A stretch of DNA of 62,077 nt, the filler included, from Basidioascus undulatus (taxonomy: Eukaryota): assembly GCA_000826855.1 (NCBI GenBank). It is 15 parts of 15 records of this genome, joined end to end, with 100 filler letters (N's around TTAATTAATTAA, not from the genome) between each part and the next. Parts side by side here need not be neighbours in the genome. Positions count along the whole stretch, not along the records: positions 11,112 to 13,782 come from JTLS01002675.1; positions 13,883 to 16,552 come from JTLS01002676.1; positions 16,653 to 19,320 come from JTLS01002677.1; positions 19,421 to 22,056 come from JTLS01002678.1; positions 22,157 to 24,821 come from JTLS01002679.1; 10 more parts are not named here. One strand, written 5' to 3'. The translations under genes and the position numbers were made by a program. Shown here in pieces: positions 11,148 to 22,631 of the stretch (within the stretch, counting starts at the first letter, position 1; each line of letters starts with the position of its first letter). A model generated the notes under the pieces. The model ran no database searches. It had not been told where the DNA came from and was given only the letters and a program-made list of their open reading frames with translations.

Positions 11148-11414
11148 TTCGAGCCCACCGCCCTCCCCAGCGCCTCCACCGAAGCCGCCCAAAACCGGGC
11201 CATCCTCTCCTCCCTCTCCGCGTCCTCTTCGTCCGCCGCGACCAAGCGCGCCAAGGCCGCGCACGGCGGGCAGAAGTACACAGCGGGCGAGGGGAAGGAC
11301 GACGTCGTTAACTCCCGCCGGGCGGTGCGGTTCGCTAGCAAGGGCCAGGGGGCGAGGGCTATGGTGGAGGGGAAGAAGGGGGGGAAGGCCGGGAAGGGGA
11401 AGGGGAGGCGGTGA
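11148..11414 (+). CDS. RRS1: Ribosome biogenesis protein Rrs1, terminal exon (continuation of 58215-59292)
   Basis: CTAAT branch and TAG acceptor, then FEPTALPSASTEAAQNRAILSSL...DVVNSRRAVRFASKG...KGKGRR*. Phase 0 matches the KRK| donor at 59292. Confidence 0.8.
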   Translation, partial: FEPTALPSASTEAAQNRAILSSLSASSSSAATKRAKAAHGGQKYTAGEGKDDVVNSRRAVRFASKGQGARAMVEGKKGGKAGKGKGRR

Positions 11415-11723
11415 GCGGGTTAGGATGTGGGGGTCATTCGCTCGCTTTCGATTGCATTCTGGGTTATTGGCGATTTGCTACGTTCGAGGTGAGGACTTGC
11501 GTGCGTGTTGATGGGGCTGATCTGGGAGCGCGCGCCGCTAGAAGCGGCACGCTCGCCATCAAGCAAAGCGCACTGCCTCGGGACACTGTCAGCTCAGCTT
11601 CGAACGAAAGCATGCCCGAATATCGCTCTAAGTAGTGTTGCCCCCTGGATCCTCGTCTTCGTCCTCGGCTGCCCGGTCTGCGCGCGGACGAGTGGTTGCT
11701 TGTCGGACCTTCAGGCTTGCGCT

Positions 11724-12613
11724 TCATTTCCGGACGAGATGCGCTTCATGTACTTTCGTGCTAGTGCAGAACTCGGAGGCGTAACGGAGATGAGATGCAG
11801 GGCCTTCAGGCGTGACCGCTTGTTCAACATATTGTACATCAACTACGTGCGTCAGAACCCATAGCATCACCTCCAAAACCTCTACCCTCTGGAGCAATGC
11901 CTCTCTCGCGTTCTCCCAATGCTGATCCCCATAATGCTGCAAGCACGAGTCCGTGAGCAACCTTCCGCCCTGCCCGCGTACAATCTCGAGCGTGGTGATG
12001 CGGGGGCTGCGCATGAGGCTTGCCCCGAGCGGCAACATTGCGAGAGGCGCAGCGTCGAGATGGGGAGGGACGCCCACTCCGGCGCGTCGGACCCGACATA
12101 GCCGCCGAGCGAAAGACAGTGCAGAGTGCGCTGGTCCAGGTGTTGAGCAGACAACCTCCTCCGTGCTCGCATCGACGCCCTAGTACCAAGGAAGCCGATT
12201 CCGGCCGAAGGGCCTTTAAGGCATCACAGAGCGTCCGAGCGCTCGAAAACGAAGGCAAACCATGAACGCGGAGCTTGAGCGTTATCACCCCCGAGCACGA
12301 GCGCAGGACGGCGTGAGAGCCGCCTCGTCGTACGGGGGCAGATCGAGGACGATAACTAGAGTCTGCCCGTGCCGCCGCCGCACGCTCGTTCTTGGAAAGA
12401 TAAGCCAGAAACGAGCTGCACTGCCCCCGTTTCCGGAGGCGCACGCTGCGCTCGAGATGATCGAGTGCGAGAGGCTTGAGATGTTTGCAGATGAAGAGCG
12501 AGAAGGGCGAGGTTCCAGGTACGGGCACGACCGGCACTGCACCCGAGTGGTCGGTAAAGTATGCCTCGAAGATGAACGATCTCATTCGGAAGGTCAAGGA
12601 TGTGTGTCATCAT
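11724..12613 (-). pseudogene. F-box-like protein, frameshifted
   Basis: The N-terminal ILDLPNEI F-box-like motif continues in a different frame (FIFEAYF...). Three overlapping frames are needed, with no intron signals at the switches. Confidence 0.55.
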
Positions 12614-13093
12614 GAGGGAAGCGAGGTTGAACGATGTCGTTGGTCGGTGAAGAGGAAGATGGTGGTGGTAAGAAGCGAGGAGAGGGCCGGGGGAGGAACC
12701 TCAGAGCTTGAGTGGTTTCAATTTACTCGTCTCTAGGCCCCCTTATTCTCAACCAACAACAACCCGTTTCTTCCAAAGTGGTACTCGTAGAGGTCGAACT
12801 CGCGGCCTTCAGGCTGACAGCATGCAGCCAGCACCCCACCCAACCTCGGCTGCGACCTCACGCCGCGGCGCGCTCACGCGTCCAGTCACTCTGTCCAAGT
12901 GCTGTCTGTGGCTTTCGTCGTATAAACGTCGCTTCGTGCCCGCTCTTTGCGGCTTATCATCGCACTCGCCTCACTTCGCCGCATCACTACGCCCTTCCAT
13001 CCGGTACATAGCCTCACCTTCTGTGCTGCGTGCCTGGTTTCGTCCGCGCGCTAGCAGCTCACACGACCGTGTCGTTCCAGCAGCTAGCTCACC

Positions 13094-13782
13094 ATGGTCC
13101 ACTTCCCCGCTTTCGCCGTCGAGCAGTGGTAAGCAAGTATAAACTTGTCTCAGCTGATAGAACGAGCGTTGACGGTATCTTGTTCAGGATGGACCGCTAC
13201 GAGACCAAGTGCACTCACAACCTCGCCGAGACCTGGTCCGCACCAGCTACTCTCTTGCGTCTGCTTTGTTATCGCGTCCGACTGACATATGGCCCGGCGT
13301 GCATAGTGCCGACTCCATCTCTCTCAAGCAGCTCCTTTCATACGCCGCCGCTGATGGCGCAGGCGACCTGGAGAAGACGGACTTCATGACCCGTCGAATG
13401 ACATACCTCGACATCCGAGGCTCAACTGAGCTCCGCGGTAACGTCGCTTCGCTCTACGCGCCCGAGGCCAACATCTCCCCCGAGAATGTGTTGATCACGG
13501 TGCGTCCAGCAATCCTCAACCAGCGCTGCGCACCTCAAGCTCAAGTCATGAACACTCATGTTCCTTGCAGCAAGCCGCGATTGGCGCCAATTTCCTCGCG
13601 CTGCTCACGCTTACCGGGCCAGGCGACCACGTCGTCTGCGTGCACCCTACCTACCTACCAGCAGCTGCACGACGTGCCGTTGAGCTTCGGCGTGAAGGTC
13701 TCGCTGTGGAAGTTGCGTCCGGACAACGGCGGGCGGCACGATGTTTCCTTCGACGTCCCGGCTGGAGCGAAGGTGTGTCCGG
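13094..13782 (+). pseudogene. PLP-dependent aminotransferase class I/II, 5' part, with a 4-nt frameshift
   Basis: MVHFPAFAVEQW|MDRYE...NLAETC|ADSISL...IRGSTELRGNVASLY...ENVLIT|QAAIGANFL...GPGDHVVCVHPTY-QQL. A (CTAC)3 run at 13647-13658 breaks PTYQQL. Confidence 0.8.
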
Positions 13783-13882
13783 NNNNNNNNNNNNNNNNNN
13801 NNNNNNNNNNNNNNNNNNNNNNNNNNTTAATTAATTAANNNNNNNNNNNNNNNNNNNNNNNNNNNNNNNNNNNNNNNNNNNN
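13783..13882. other. Artificial contig linker
   Basis: 44 N + TTAATTAATTAA + 44 N. Confidence 0.99.
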
Positions 13883-13937
13883 CCCCCCCCATCCTCACTT
13901 GATCCCACAGCAGCCCTCTGCTTACGCTTCAGCCACC

Positions 13938-14800
13938 ATGTCCCCCCCTGCCGCCTCCCCGCACCTCTCCGACCTGCCCGCAACGCTCTCTTCCCTAACC
14001 GCGCTCCTGCACTCGCTCGCCTCCTCCGATCCGACCACCTCCCCGCCGCCCCCGCTCGCAATGCTCACGGCACACCTGTCCACGCTCAAGCGCGTCAACC
14101 GCGCCTCGTCCGTAAAAACGCGCGAGTGCAAGGCCCGCGCGCTCCAGCTCGTGCACGACACGGACGCGGAGCACCTCGAGATGCAGCGCTTGCTGTACGA
14201 GCGGCGGCATCTAGAGCAGGAGATTGCGAGGTGCAAGGAGTTTGAGTGCGTCTTTTCCCCTCTCTGTCCGAATTCCCTCCTGACATGCGGGGGACATTTC
14301 GCTTCAGCTCGATCTACACCTCCGTCCCCCTCCAACCGCTCGACGAGTTCCGGGCGTCAAACGCGGGCGCCCCCGAGGCAGACGCGCACGAACTGATGCT
14401 CGCTCGCCTGCGCTTCGAGCTGTCCGAGCGGCAGCGGCTCGATGCGCGCCGCAAGGCGCTCCAGGCGGAGAAGGCCGCGCTCGCGCAGGCGAACAAGGGG
14501 ACCAAGGCGGACCTGGAGGAGATCGATGCGCTGCTGGAGGACTACGTGAAGGTGCGCTTCACCCTTCCATGGGAAGCTGGGCGTCGGGCGTGTGGCTGAC
14601 TTGGATGATGTTGTGCGGCTCAGGCGGCATACCCGATCAAGGACCGGTTGATGCAGATGAAAAACAACTGGGATGCGGAGGCGCGGCGGCACCGGGAGGG
14701 AGAGGGAGGCGCGGAGAAGAAAGAGGGGAGCGCGGCGCCGGTGGCAGATGGGACGAAGATGGACGAGAGCGGGGATACAAAGATGGAGGAGGCTTCATGA
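13938..14800 (+). CDS. THOC5: THO complex subunit 5 / Fms-interacting protein (short fungal form), 3 exons
   Basis: LKRVNR...HLEMQRLLYERRHLEQEIARCKEF|SIY..VPL.PLDEF...HELMLARLRFELSERQRL. Confidence 0.85.
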
Positions 14801-15428
14801 AAGCCCGGCTTTTCCGTTTCTCTGCACCATGTGAGTGTGGGCAATGCAATGACCGCTGCTATGCAAAGGGCTCTTTCCGTCAGCGGGAACGTGCGCGCTG
14901 GCAGAGTGGAGATCAAAGGTGGGGCAGGGATGCGCGGGTAAGCTTCATGGGACACGCCTGCTTACTTGTCGTGCATAGAGAAAGAATCATGCAAGGCCTT
15001 CAAAGCTAATTTCCCATGTCCCTTTGCGCCTGCCTTGCTGACATCTCGAAGAGGCCATGGTGGGTCAAACTGCGGAGGAGGAAACCCGAAAGAAGGACAT
15101 CCAGCCGTCAGCGTGAGCCGCTTGTTTGGCTTTGCATCCCCCTTCAGTGAGCAGTTTGTGTTTTGAGAAAAGCAAGTTTTCGAAGAAATCTTGATGTTCA
15201 AGAGATCTTGAGGGACTTAATGACAGACCCACTTATAGGACCCATGCACCTAGGCAAGGGTGCCAACCATCACCATGCACTCAGTTTATGGTATCATGAC
15301 AAAACAGCAATACAGTAAAAGAACAAGAAGCGAAAGAAAAGCAACAACAGCAGCAGCACCAGCACCAGCAGCAACAGCAGCCCCAGGCCCCGCCTCGCCC
15401 ACTCTCCTCTCCCGCACTGCCAGCTCGC

Positions 15429-15920
15429 TCACCCTCTCCCCCTCACACTCCTCCTCCTCCCGCCCTCCTCCTCCCTTTTCACCTTCTCCTTCTTCACCCT
15501 TGCTGCCGCCTTCTTCCCCTCCACCATGCCCTTGCTCTTCACCCCACTTGCAGCTGCCTTCTCCCTCTTCACTTTGTCCTTGGAGCAGGGTGCGGCGGGG
15601 GCCTTGGCCACCTGCGCCTGCTTCTTCTTGATGTTCGCATGGTAGCGCCTGATGGCAGCACAGGCATTGGAGAGGTTTGACTTGGGCTCCCAGGTCTGGG
15701 CGGAGGGGGGGTAGCCTGGGCAAGCTGAGGGCATCAGCAAAGTGGGCAGAGTGGGGAGAAGAAGAAGGGGAAGGAGGGGTTTGTAGGTACCCTTCCAGGC
15801 TACAAAGTACCACCTCCCGGTACTCTCATCCGAGTGATCAATGATGGACTCGACCTCATACTCCAGGTGCTTGCCGACCTTGAATGGGCCGGGAAGCTTG
15901 GTCTTGGTGGATGGAGCCAT
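15429..15920 (-). CDS. Stand-alone chromodomain protein with Lys/Ala-rich basic tail (138 aa after splicing)
   Basis: EYEVESIIDH...YFVAWKG|YPPSAQTWEPKSNL; 75-nt GT-AG intron 15790-15716; aromatic cage Y/W/Y intact. Confidence 0.85.
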   Translation of the reverse strand: MAPSTKTKLPGPFKVGKHLEYEVESIIDHSDESTGRWYFVAWKGTYKPLLPLLLLPTLPTLLMPSACPGYPPSAQTWEPKSNLSNACAAIRRYHANIKKKQAQVAKAPAAPCSKDKVKREKAAASGVKSKGMVEGKKAAARVKKEKVKREEEGGRRRSVRGRG

Positions 15921-16552
15921 AGGGAGTAGGGTTATGTTGAGGGGTTGTGGGGGATTTTGGGGCTGGGTATAAATGAACTGGAAGGTGGTGCTAGGAGGTC
16001 AAGGTGACTTTGTTATGTGTTGTGCGGGTTTATAGTCTTAGGGTTATGGAGGGAAGCACAGATTTGGGTCAGATTCTGACGGTGAAACATTTTGGCTTCC
16101 GGTCAGACATGGCTGAGTTTGCATTAAGCAGGGGGAGCGCACAAAGAAGGGCGGGAGCGCACAAAGAACGCAGATGTGTGTTGTTGATCACATCCACACT
16201 CCACTTGATGGCACATGGCCGGCTGAATCAGCACTGGGGAGGCACCCGGAGGGCACCTGCTGGGTGCTGACCGGAATTCCCATGAAGTCACCAGTCAGGC
16301 ACCTCCTTGAGCTTGCCCGACTTCGCTGCCCACTGCACTGCAGGATGGCGGAGACAGAAGCCTGTGAGTCTCAACGCAGTAGCCTTTGATGCGAGCTCAG
16401 GTACCGGAGGGGCCCTTAGGACTCTACCTTGTAGTGCTCTCAGCTTGGGCACTGAGAACTTCGACAGTGTCATGAATACCCTCCCTCCCTTCACCAAGGA
16501 CATCTACACCCTCCCCTACCCTCTCCCTATTGTCACCTTCCTTTCCCTCTCC

Positions 16553-16652
16553 NNNNNNNNNNNNNNNNNNNNNNNNNNNNNNNNNNNNNNNNNNNNTTAA
16601 TTAATTAANNNNNNNNNNNNNNNNNNNNNNNNNNNNNNNNNNNNNNNNNNNN
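16553..16652. other. Artificial contig linker
   Basis: 44 N + TTAATTAATTAA + 44 N. Confidence 0.99.
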
Positions 16653-18083
16653 GGGGGAGGAGGCGCTGGGAAGGGGGGACCGGATCCCAGCGCCCCAGGA
16701 GATGAATGGCGTGCGAGTCGCGTCGGGGTCCCCGTCCCCGTGGTTCCCTATGTTGCTCATCTGTCCTCCCACCCTCAATAAGCCGCCCCCTCCCTCTCAC
16801 CAGGCAATCCACGCACCCCATGATCCGCCGTAAACACCCACGCCGTCCTTCCATCCCCGCCGTAAAACTCGTCCAGCGCCTGCTCCGCCCCGCGAACCAC
16901 CTCGTCCACCACGCGAACGTTCGCATGGTACTCGGGCGAGTGCGGGCGGTACGCGTGCCCCGTCGAGTCGCACCCGAGGAGGTGAAGGAAGAAGACTGTT
17001 TGCGGGGCGCGGAGGCGCGCATCGAGCGCGAGATCGGTAGACGCGTTGGAGAGGAGGTGTTGGAGAGTATGCAGGACCCAGTGGTCGAGGGCGGTTGCGT
17101 CTGTGTTTCGCCGAGCGAGAACATTAGGCTCTCTATGACCGGGAGGGAAAGGTACAGGAGAGAGAGGGTGGAAGAGGGAAGGTGGGAAGAGGGGTGGAGA
17201 CGAACCTTTAGCGAAGTCCTCCTCGTCCTCCGCATAAGTGTACGCAGACACCTTGGCGTTGTCAGCCGCAAACATGTCGATCACGTCTGGCGAGCCGATC
17301 GCGAAGGTGGAGGAAGAGTGGTTGAACACGGAGTCGTGCGAGATCGGGTTGAGCTTCCACCCTTTGCTTCTTCATCAATTGTCCATCCCCCCACACACCC
17401 CCCGAAGGAAGAAGAGAGAGGGGAGTGGGGACAACGTACCTGTCGTCACGGCCGAGACGTCCTCGTACATCCCTCCAAGGATAGCGACGTCTGGGGGCGG
17501 GGAGGGTGGAAGGGAAGGCGGGACAGGACATGAGCTGTGGGGAGGACAGTAGGGGCTGGGAGAGGGACGCACGACCCGGCCTGGACTCAGTGGGCACGCG
17601 CGTATGGCTCACGCCGTACACGCCGCGGTGCTCGATGACCTCGCGGAGGTGGGGTGCGAGAGGCTCGAGGGTTTCCGGGTTCTCAGCGCAGGGGAAGAGC
17701 GAGAGCGCCTTGTCCGCCCTCAGACCATCGCCTGCACGCGCAAGGTGGGGTTAAGTCTTAAAAGAAGGGTGGGGGGAGATGGCGGGGGGAGGGGAAGACC
17801 CACCGACGACTAGGACGACCCGCTTCGCGGGCGCCTCGTAGCCCTCCGCATCCGCCTGCCCGTGGATCCCAAAGTGCTTGTCGACGTGCACGACGGGTGA
17901 GACGAAGTAGACGTCGAAAATCTGCCCCCCAGCCCCGGGGTTTCAGTACTGAGATGGTGGGTGTGGGCGGAGGGGGGCTAATTGCCGCAAGCTGCGCACG
18001 GAGGGGAGGTAGAGGAGGTGGAAGAGTGTTCCGAGGAGGAGGAGCCGGAGGGGGGTGAGGTGGCGCGTTAGGGAGGGGCCCAT
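16653..18083 (-). CDS. MCD4: GPI ethanolamine phosphate transferase 1 (PIG-N), 5' half
   Basis: [97 protein letters not shown]. Confidence 0.96.
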
Positions 18084-19222
18084 TCGGGCTGAATGGGAGG
18101 AAAAAGAGCGTGTTGAAATGGTGGTAAAGGTAAGAAGAAGGCGGGGGAGATGGACGTCTTCAAGACTCGACGCACGTGGACTGCGTCTTCTCGCAGCGCC
18201 AAATAGCGATCGATTGAAGCACCAATGCATCCGCCTCGCACCGCTCTCGCTCGCACTCATCGACTTTCATGTGCTTCCCCTCCCCCTCGGCTTATCTTGA
18301 TCTCGCACACCCTTTCTATCTACTGATGCAAACCCAACTCAACTCGCACCATTTCCGATCCCCATCATCCATCCCCTCCATCAATACCCCTTCGTTCCCT
18401 ATCGCCTCGCTCTGATAACCCCTCCCCCTCCGGATCTCTCTCCACGCTAGCTCAAGTTAGCAAAGCCCAGTCTCGGTCAGCGGGATGCTGATCCATATCT
18501 TCATCCTGATCCATGTTTCCACTTCTGCTTCCTGATCTGCCCAGCAGCAGCGCGGGTACTTGAACTTTTCTTATCCTACTCGACCGCTGCCCGCGTCAGC
18601 CCACTCACGCTTCCGCTGCGGCTGCTGCTGCTGCTGCTGCTCGCTGTGCGACCTCCCTCCTGCTCTCGTCGCAGACGATGGCTGCTCGTCACCTACCTTT
18701 ACCCTTTACCCCTCACTCTTACCCTCATCGCTGTACCTGCGCGCCCCTTCAAGGTCACTGAGCGTCATCCCTCCCCTCTTCTCCTCCTTACCAGGTACGT
18801 ACCCCTGCACGCTCTCCAATAACCCTACATTTCCACACCACAACTTATTGGACAACCCAGGCAGATTTCGAAGCCCTTCAGCTCGCGTCGAAGGACTGCA
18901 TTGTCCTCCGTCTCGGGAGCGGTGGAACATCCGTCCTTGTCGACCAGAGTTTGGGGCTACCGACGCGGGCCGACTCCCTCTCCCGTCGAACCTCCTACGC
19001 TTGCCTACGCCTCCCGTCGGCACATCCAAATCGCCGGCACGCGTGGGTAGGTAATTCGTAAATTTAAGCTCATTCGCTTGCCCCGTCGCGCTTGCGCGTT
19101 CAAAAGCGCTCAGCCCTCACCTTCTCTGCTCTTTTGCTCCTTTCGCTGACCCCTCGCTCTCCTATTTCTCTCTCAAAAGATCCAGCAGGATCCCAGGACA
19201 CCCTCCTTGGCCTCATACCAGC

Positions 19223-19320
19223 ATGTCGCCCCTCACCGCCTCCGCCCCGCCCTTCCGGCCCTCCCAGCCTCCTCCATCCCCTTCCCAATCTTCCCAAGCG
19301 CAACCGCCCCTCCCCATACG
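19223..19320 (+). CDS. 5' start of a gene with a PAM2-like motif, preceded by probable 5'-UTR introns
   Basis: MSPLTASAPPFRPSQPPP runs into the linker; it resembles the PAM2 consensus (LxxxAxxFxP). Confidence 0.3.
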
Positions 19321-19420
19321 NNNNNNNNNNNNNNNNNNNNNNNNNNNNNNNNNNNNNNNNNNNNTTAATTAATTAANNNNNNNNNNNNNNNNNNNNNNNN
19401 NNNNNNNNNNNNNNNNNNNN
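19321..19420. other. Artificial contig linker
   Basis: 44 N + TTAATTAATTAA + 44 N. Confidence 0.99.
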
Positions 19421-21996
19421 TGCCCTCTCCTTCGAGTCTGAGGATGCTCGCTCCTTCCCCACGCCCACCCCCGACTCCTTCGACGCCTACCAATCTCTCC
19501 TGCAGCAGCACGTCCTGGCCCCCACGCGCGCGGCGCTATGCCTCCCCGCCTCCGACGACCTCGCGTTCCATCGCTCGCTCGACCGCGCCTTCGCGCGCGA
19601 CCTCGACGCCGGGTCCGCGCGCATCTTGGGGCTCGCCAACTCGCTCGTCTCCCTCGCCAGCGGGGTGCATGCCGATCGCGGGAAGCCCAGGAAGCTCAGG
19701 GAGGAGGAGGATGTCTTGGATCGGAGTAAGGAGTTGGTGGGCGAGGTCGTGGACTGGTTGTTGGAGGATGCGGTGAGTGCACTGTCTTCCTCTGGCTCCC
19801 TGTGTGTGTGGTTGATTTACTCTGCGAGACTTTGCAGGACACCCACCTCGACGCGTTCACCGGGAAGTCCGGCCAGCCGCCTCAAATAGCGATCAACCCT
19901 TCCACCTCACACCGAGTGCGTCCCATTGCCCACCTTCCCCCGTCTCTATCCCTAACCATCCCACCAATCCCCACCCACCGCAGGACAAGCCCCGTCTCGA
20001 CTCGGCGCTCCGCGACGCGCGGCACCTCCCGCGGCCACAGCTGCGCTTCAAGACGCGGCTCGACAACTCGAGCGACAGCGCGTGGGTGCCGCTGCTCACG
20101 CACAAGCCGCACGGCCAGGTCCCGCTCGACTGGTCTGCCCCGCCGATGGACGTTGATGGAGAAGCGTCTGATGTCGCTCGGTGCGTTGTACCTTCCCCCG
20201 ACCTTCCCTCTCTACTTTGTTTGGCTGACAACCCCCGACCAGCCTCCCCCACCCCTATTACCACGAAATAACGCACCTCACCTACCCCTCCGGGCTCTTC
20301 TCCTCCTCCGCGCCCATCCCCGCGCGCTCCTTCGAGTCCACCCCGTTCACGTGGGTGTCCACCCCCGCCGAGCTCGCGGTGCTCCTCGCGAAGCTGCGCG
20401 AGGCCAAGGAGATCGCGGTCGACTTGGAGCACCACAGCTACCGGTCCTTCCAGGGATTCGTGTGCTTGATGCAGGTTTCGACGAGGGAGGAGGACTGGGT
20501 CGTCGACACGCTTGAGCTCAGGGAGGAGCTCCAGGTGCTTAATGAGGTGTTTGCGGATCCGGGGATCGTCAAGGTGCGTGGCTCCACCCCTCCCTCTCCT
20601 GCCCTTCCCGTCCTTTGTGTTTTCCTGGGAGGGAAGAGACTAACGGGGCGAGAAAACAGGTCCTCCACGGGGCGGAGAGCGACGTCGTCTGGCTCCAGCG
20701 CGACTTCGGGCTGTACCTCGTCAACCTGTTCGACACGTACCACGCAACGAAAGTGCTCGGTCCGTCCTTTTCCCTCTTCCCTCCCCTCTTCCATCCTCTC
20801 CTCCCCTTTTCCCCTCCCTCCTCTTCCCCTTCTTCCCCTCCTAACGCGCCCACCGCATGGACGACAGAGTACCCCTCCCACTCGCTCGCCTCCCTCCTCT
20901 CCCTCTACTGCGACTTCCAAGCCGATAAGCGGTACCAGCTCGCGGACTGGCGGATCCGCCCGCTCCCGACCGAGATGCTGCACTATGCGCGCGCAGACAC
21001 GCACTTCCTCCTCTACGTTTACGACCATCTTCGGAACGCGCTCCTGGACCGGGCCTCCACTTCCCCCTCCCCCACCTCCCCTACCTCCCCTTCTTCCACC
21101 CTCCCGCCTTCCTCCGGCCACGCGCCCAGGGAGAGCCTGGTGCGCGAGGTGCTGAGGAGGAGCGAGATTACGGCCCTGAGGACGTACGAGAAGGAGCGGT
21201 ATGATTTTGAGGGTGGGGAGGGGCCCGGCGGGTGGAGGTCCCTCGCGAGGAAGTGGAATAGGAGTGTCGTGGGGAGGGTTGCCGAGGTGTTTAGGTGGGT
21301 GCATCGGTGGAGGGACACGGTTGCGAGGGAGGAGGACGAGAGCACGCGGTTTGTCTTTCCCCTTCCCCCGCTTTCTTGCCTTGTTCTTTGTACTGACGGG
21401 AAGGTATCTGTCATCGGCAACCAGCTACATCCTCCCGAACCACCAGCTCTTCACCCTTGCGATCTCGCAGCCCACGTCCGCATCCGCCCTCCTCTCCGCC
21501 CTCTCCCCAGCGATCCCGCCCCTCGTCCGCGCGCGCGCGGAGAAGCTCGCGCAGGTCGTGCGCGACGCGATGGACGCTGCGGATGCGGGCAAGGGGGGCG
21601 CGATCGAGGTCGCGCCTGCTGTGGAGGAGACGGTGCGCACGGCGCAGGCGGAGGAGGGGATGGGCGGGCTGGTGCTGGACGTTTGGAGCGCGAGAGACGG
21701 TGCGGGGGGAGGGAGGTTGGTCGCGAGGGGGTCGAGCCTTTTGGGAAGCGGTGTGGGGAGGCAGGAGGGGAAGGAGGGGAAGCTGGTGGCGGGTGGGTCG
21801 GCACTGTTTGGCTCTGCATCGGCAGGGAAGGCAAACGTGAGTCCTTCCAGGTGATGGAGCCGATGGGATGCGAAGCCCAGACTTACTCGCTGGAGGATGG
21901 GGACAGTCCACCACGAAGACAAAGCCCAAGACGGCGGCAGAGGAAGTCTTAGCGCGCGTGAAGGCGAGCTTCACGCGCTCGGCGCTGCTGCCGAGC
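19421..21996 (+). CDS. RRP6: Nuclear exosome 3'-5' exonuclease Rrp6, partial at both ends
   Basis: PMC2NT region (DLAFHRSLD), EIAVDLEHHSYRSFQGFVCLMQVSTR, VLHGAESDVVWLQRDFGLYLVNLFDTYHA, ADKRYQLADWRIRPLP..MLHYARADTHFLLYVYD, and HRDC (WRDTVAREEDES.YILPN). Confidence 0.97.
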
Positions 21997-22056
21997 GTGA
22001 GTGTGCGTCTACCTTCCTCTCCATCCTCCTTACCTTCTTTTTCCTGCAATCTCCAT

Positions 22057-22156
22057 NNNNNNNNNNNNNNNNNNNNNNNNNNNNNNNNNNNNNNNNNNNN
22101 TTAATTAATTAANNNNNNNNNNNNNNNNNNNNNNNNNNNNNNNNNNNNNNNNNNNN
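22057..22156. other. Artificial contig linker
   Basis: 44 N + TTAATTAATTAA + 44 N. Confidence 0.99.
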
Positions 22157-22281
22157 GGCGGGTGGGCGAAGAAGAAGCGGGCAGAGGAGGACGGCGGGGC
22201 GTGGCGGAAGGCTGGGAGAACGTGTGCGATGGGCGAGGAGCGTAGCGCGGGCCGCATGGCTTGCAAGCCGGGCCTGAACAT
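22157..22281 (-). CDS. N-terminus of a probably mitochondrial protein (presequence only)
   Basis: MFRPGLQAMRPALRSSPIAHVLPAFRHAPPSSSARFFF is Arg/Ser/Ala-rich with no acidic residues, in an ACCATG context. Confidence 0.5.
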
Positions 22282-22631
22282 GGTGATCTGGATCTGGAAT
22301 AAGGAGCTGGTAGGCAGTGAGATGGTGGTTGGAAGACAAGATGAAGGGTGGAGAAGACGCTCCGGTCTGGAGGAGTTGGCTTGCCGGAGATGACGTCGCA
22401 GTTGTGCTGAACGACTTCGACGCGTTTGCTCGCAACTTCTGGCGCCGTCCGACACCTTTGACATATCTTCAACTCGAAACCCACTCGATATTCTCTACTG
22501 TTGGTGTTTCAACCATATGCATTCCATCGTAGAAAGTCCTTCAAACAACGCAACAATGCTTCAAGTCTGGATAACCGGTACACGCGTTCCCTCATCGAGA
22601 AACGCAATGCCCTTCTTGTCCAGCTCAGCTG

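Noticed and set aside
15429..15920. Chromodomain as the tail of a chromovirus (Ty3/Gypsy) integrase
   Set aside because: It has its own ATG and a spliceosomal intron, and no integrase, RT or LTR is visible nearby.
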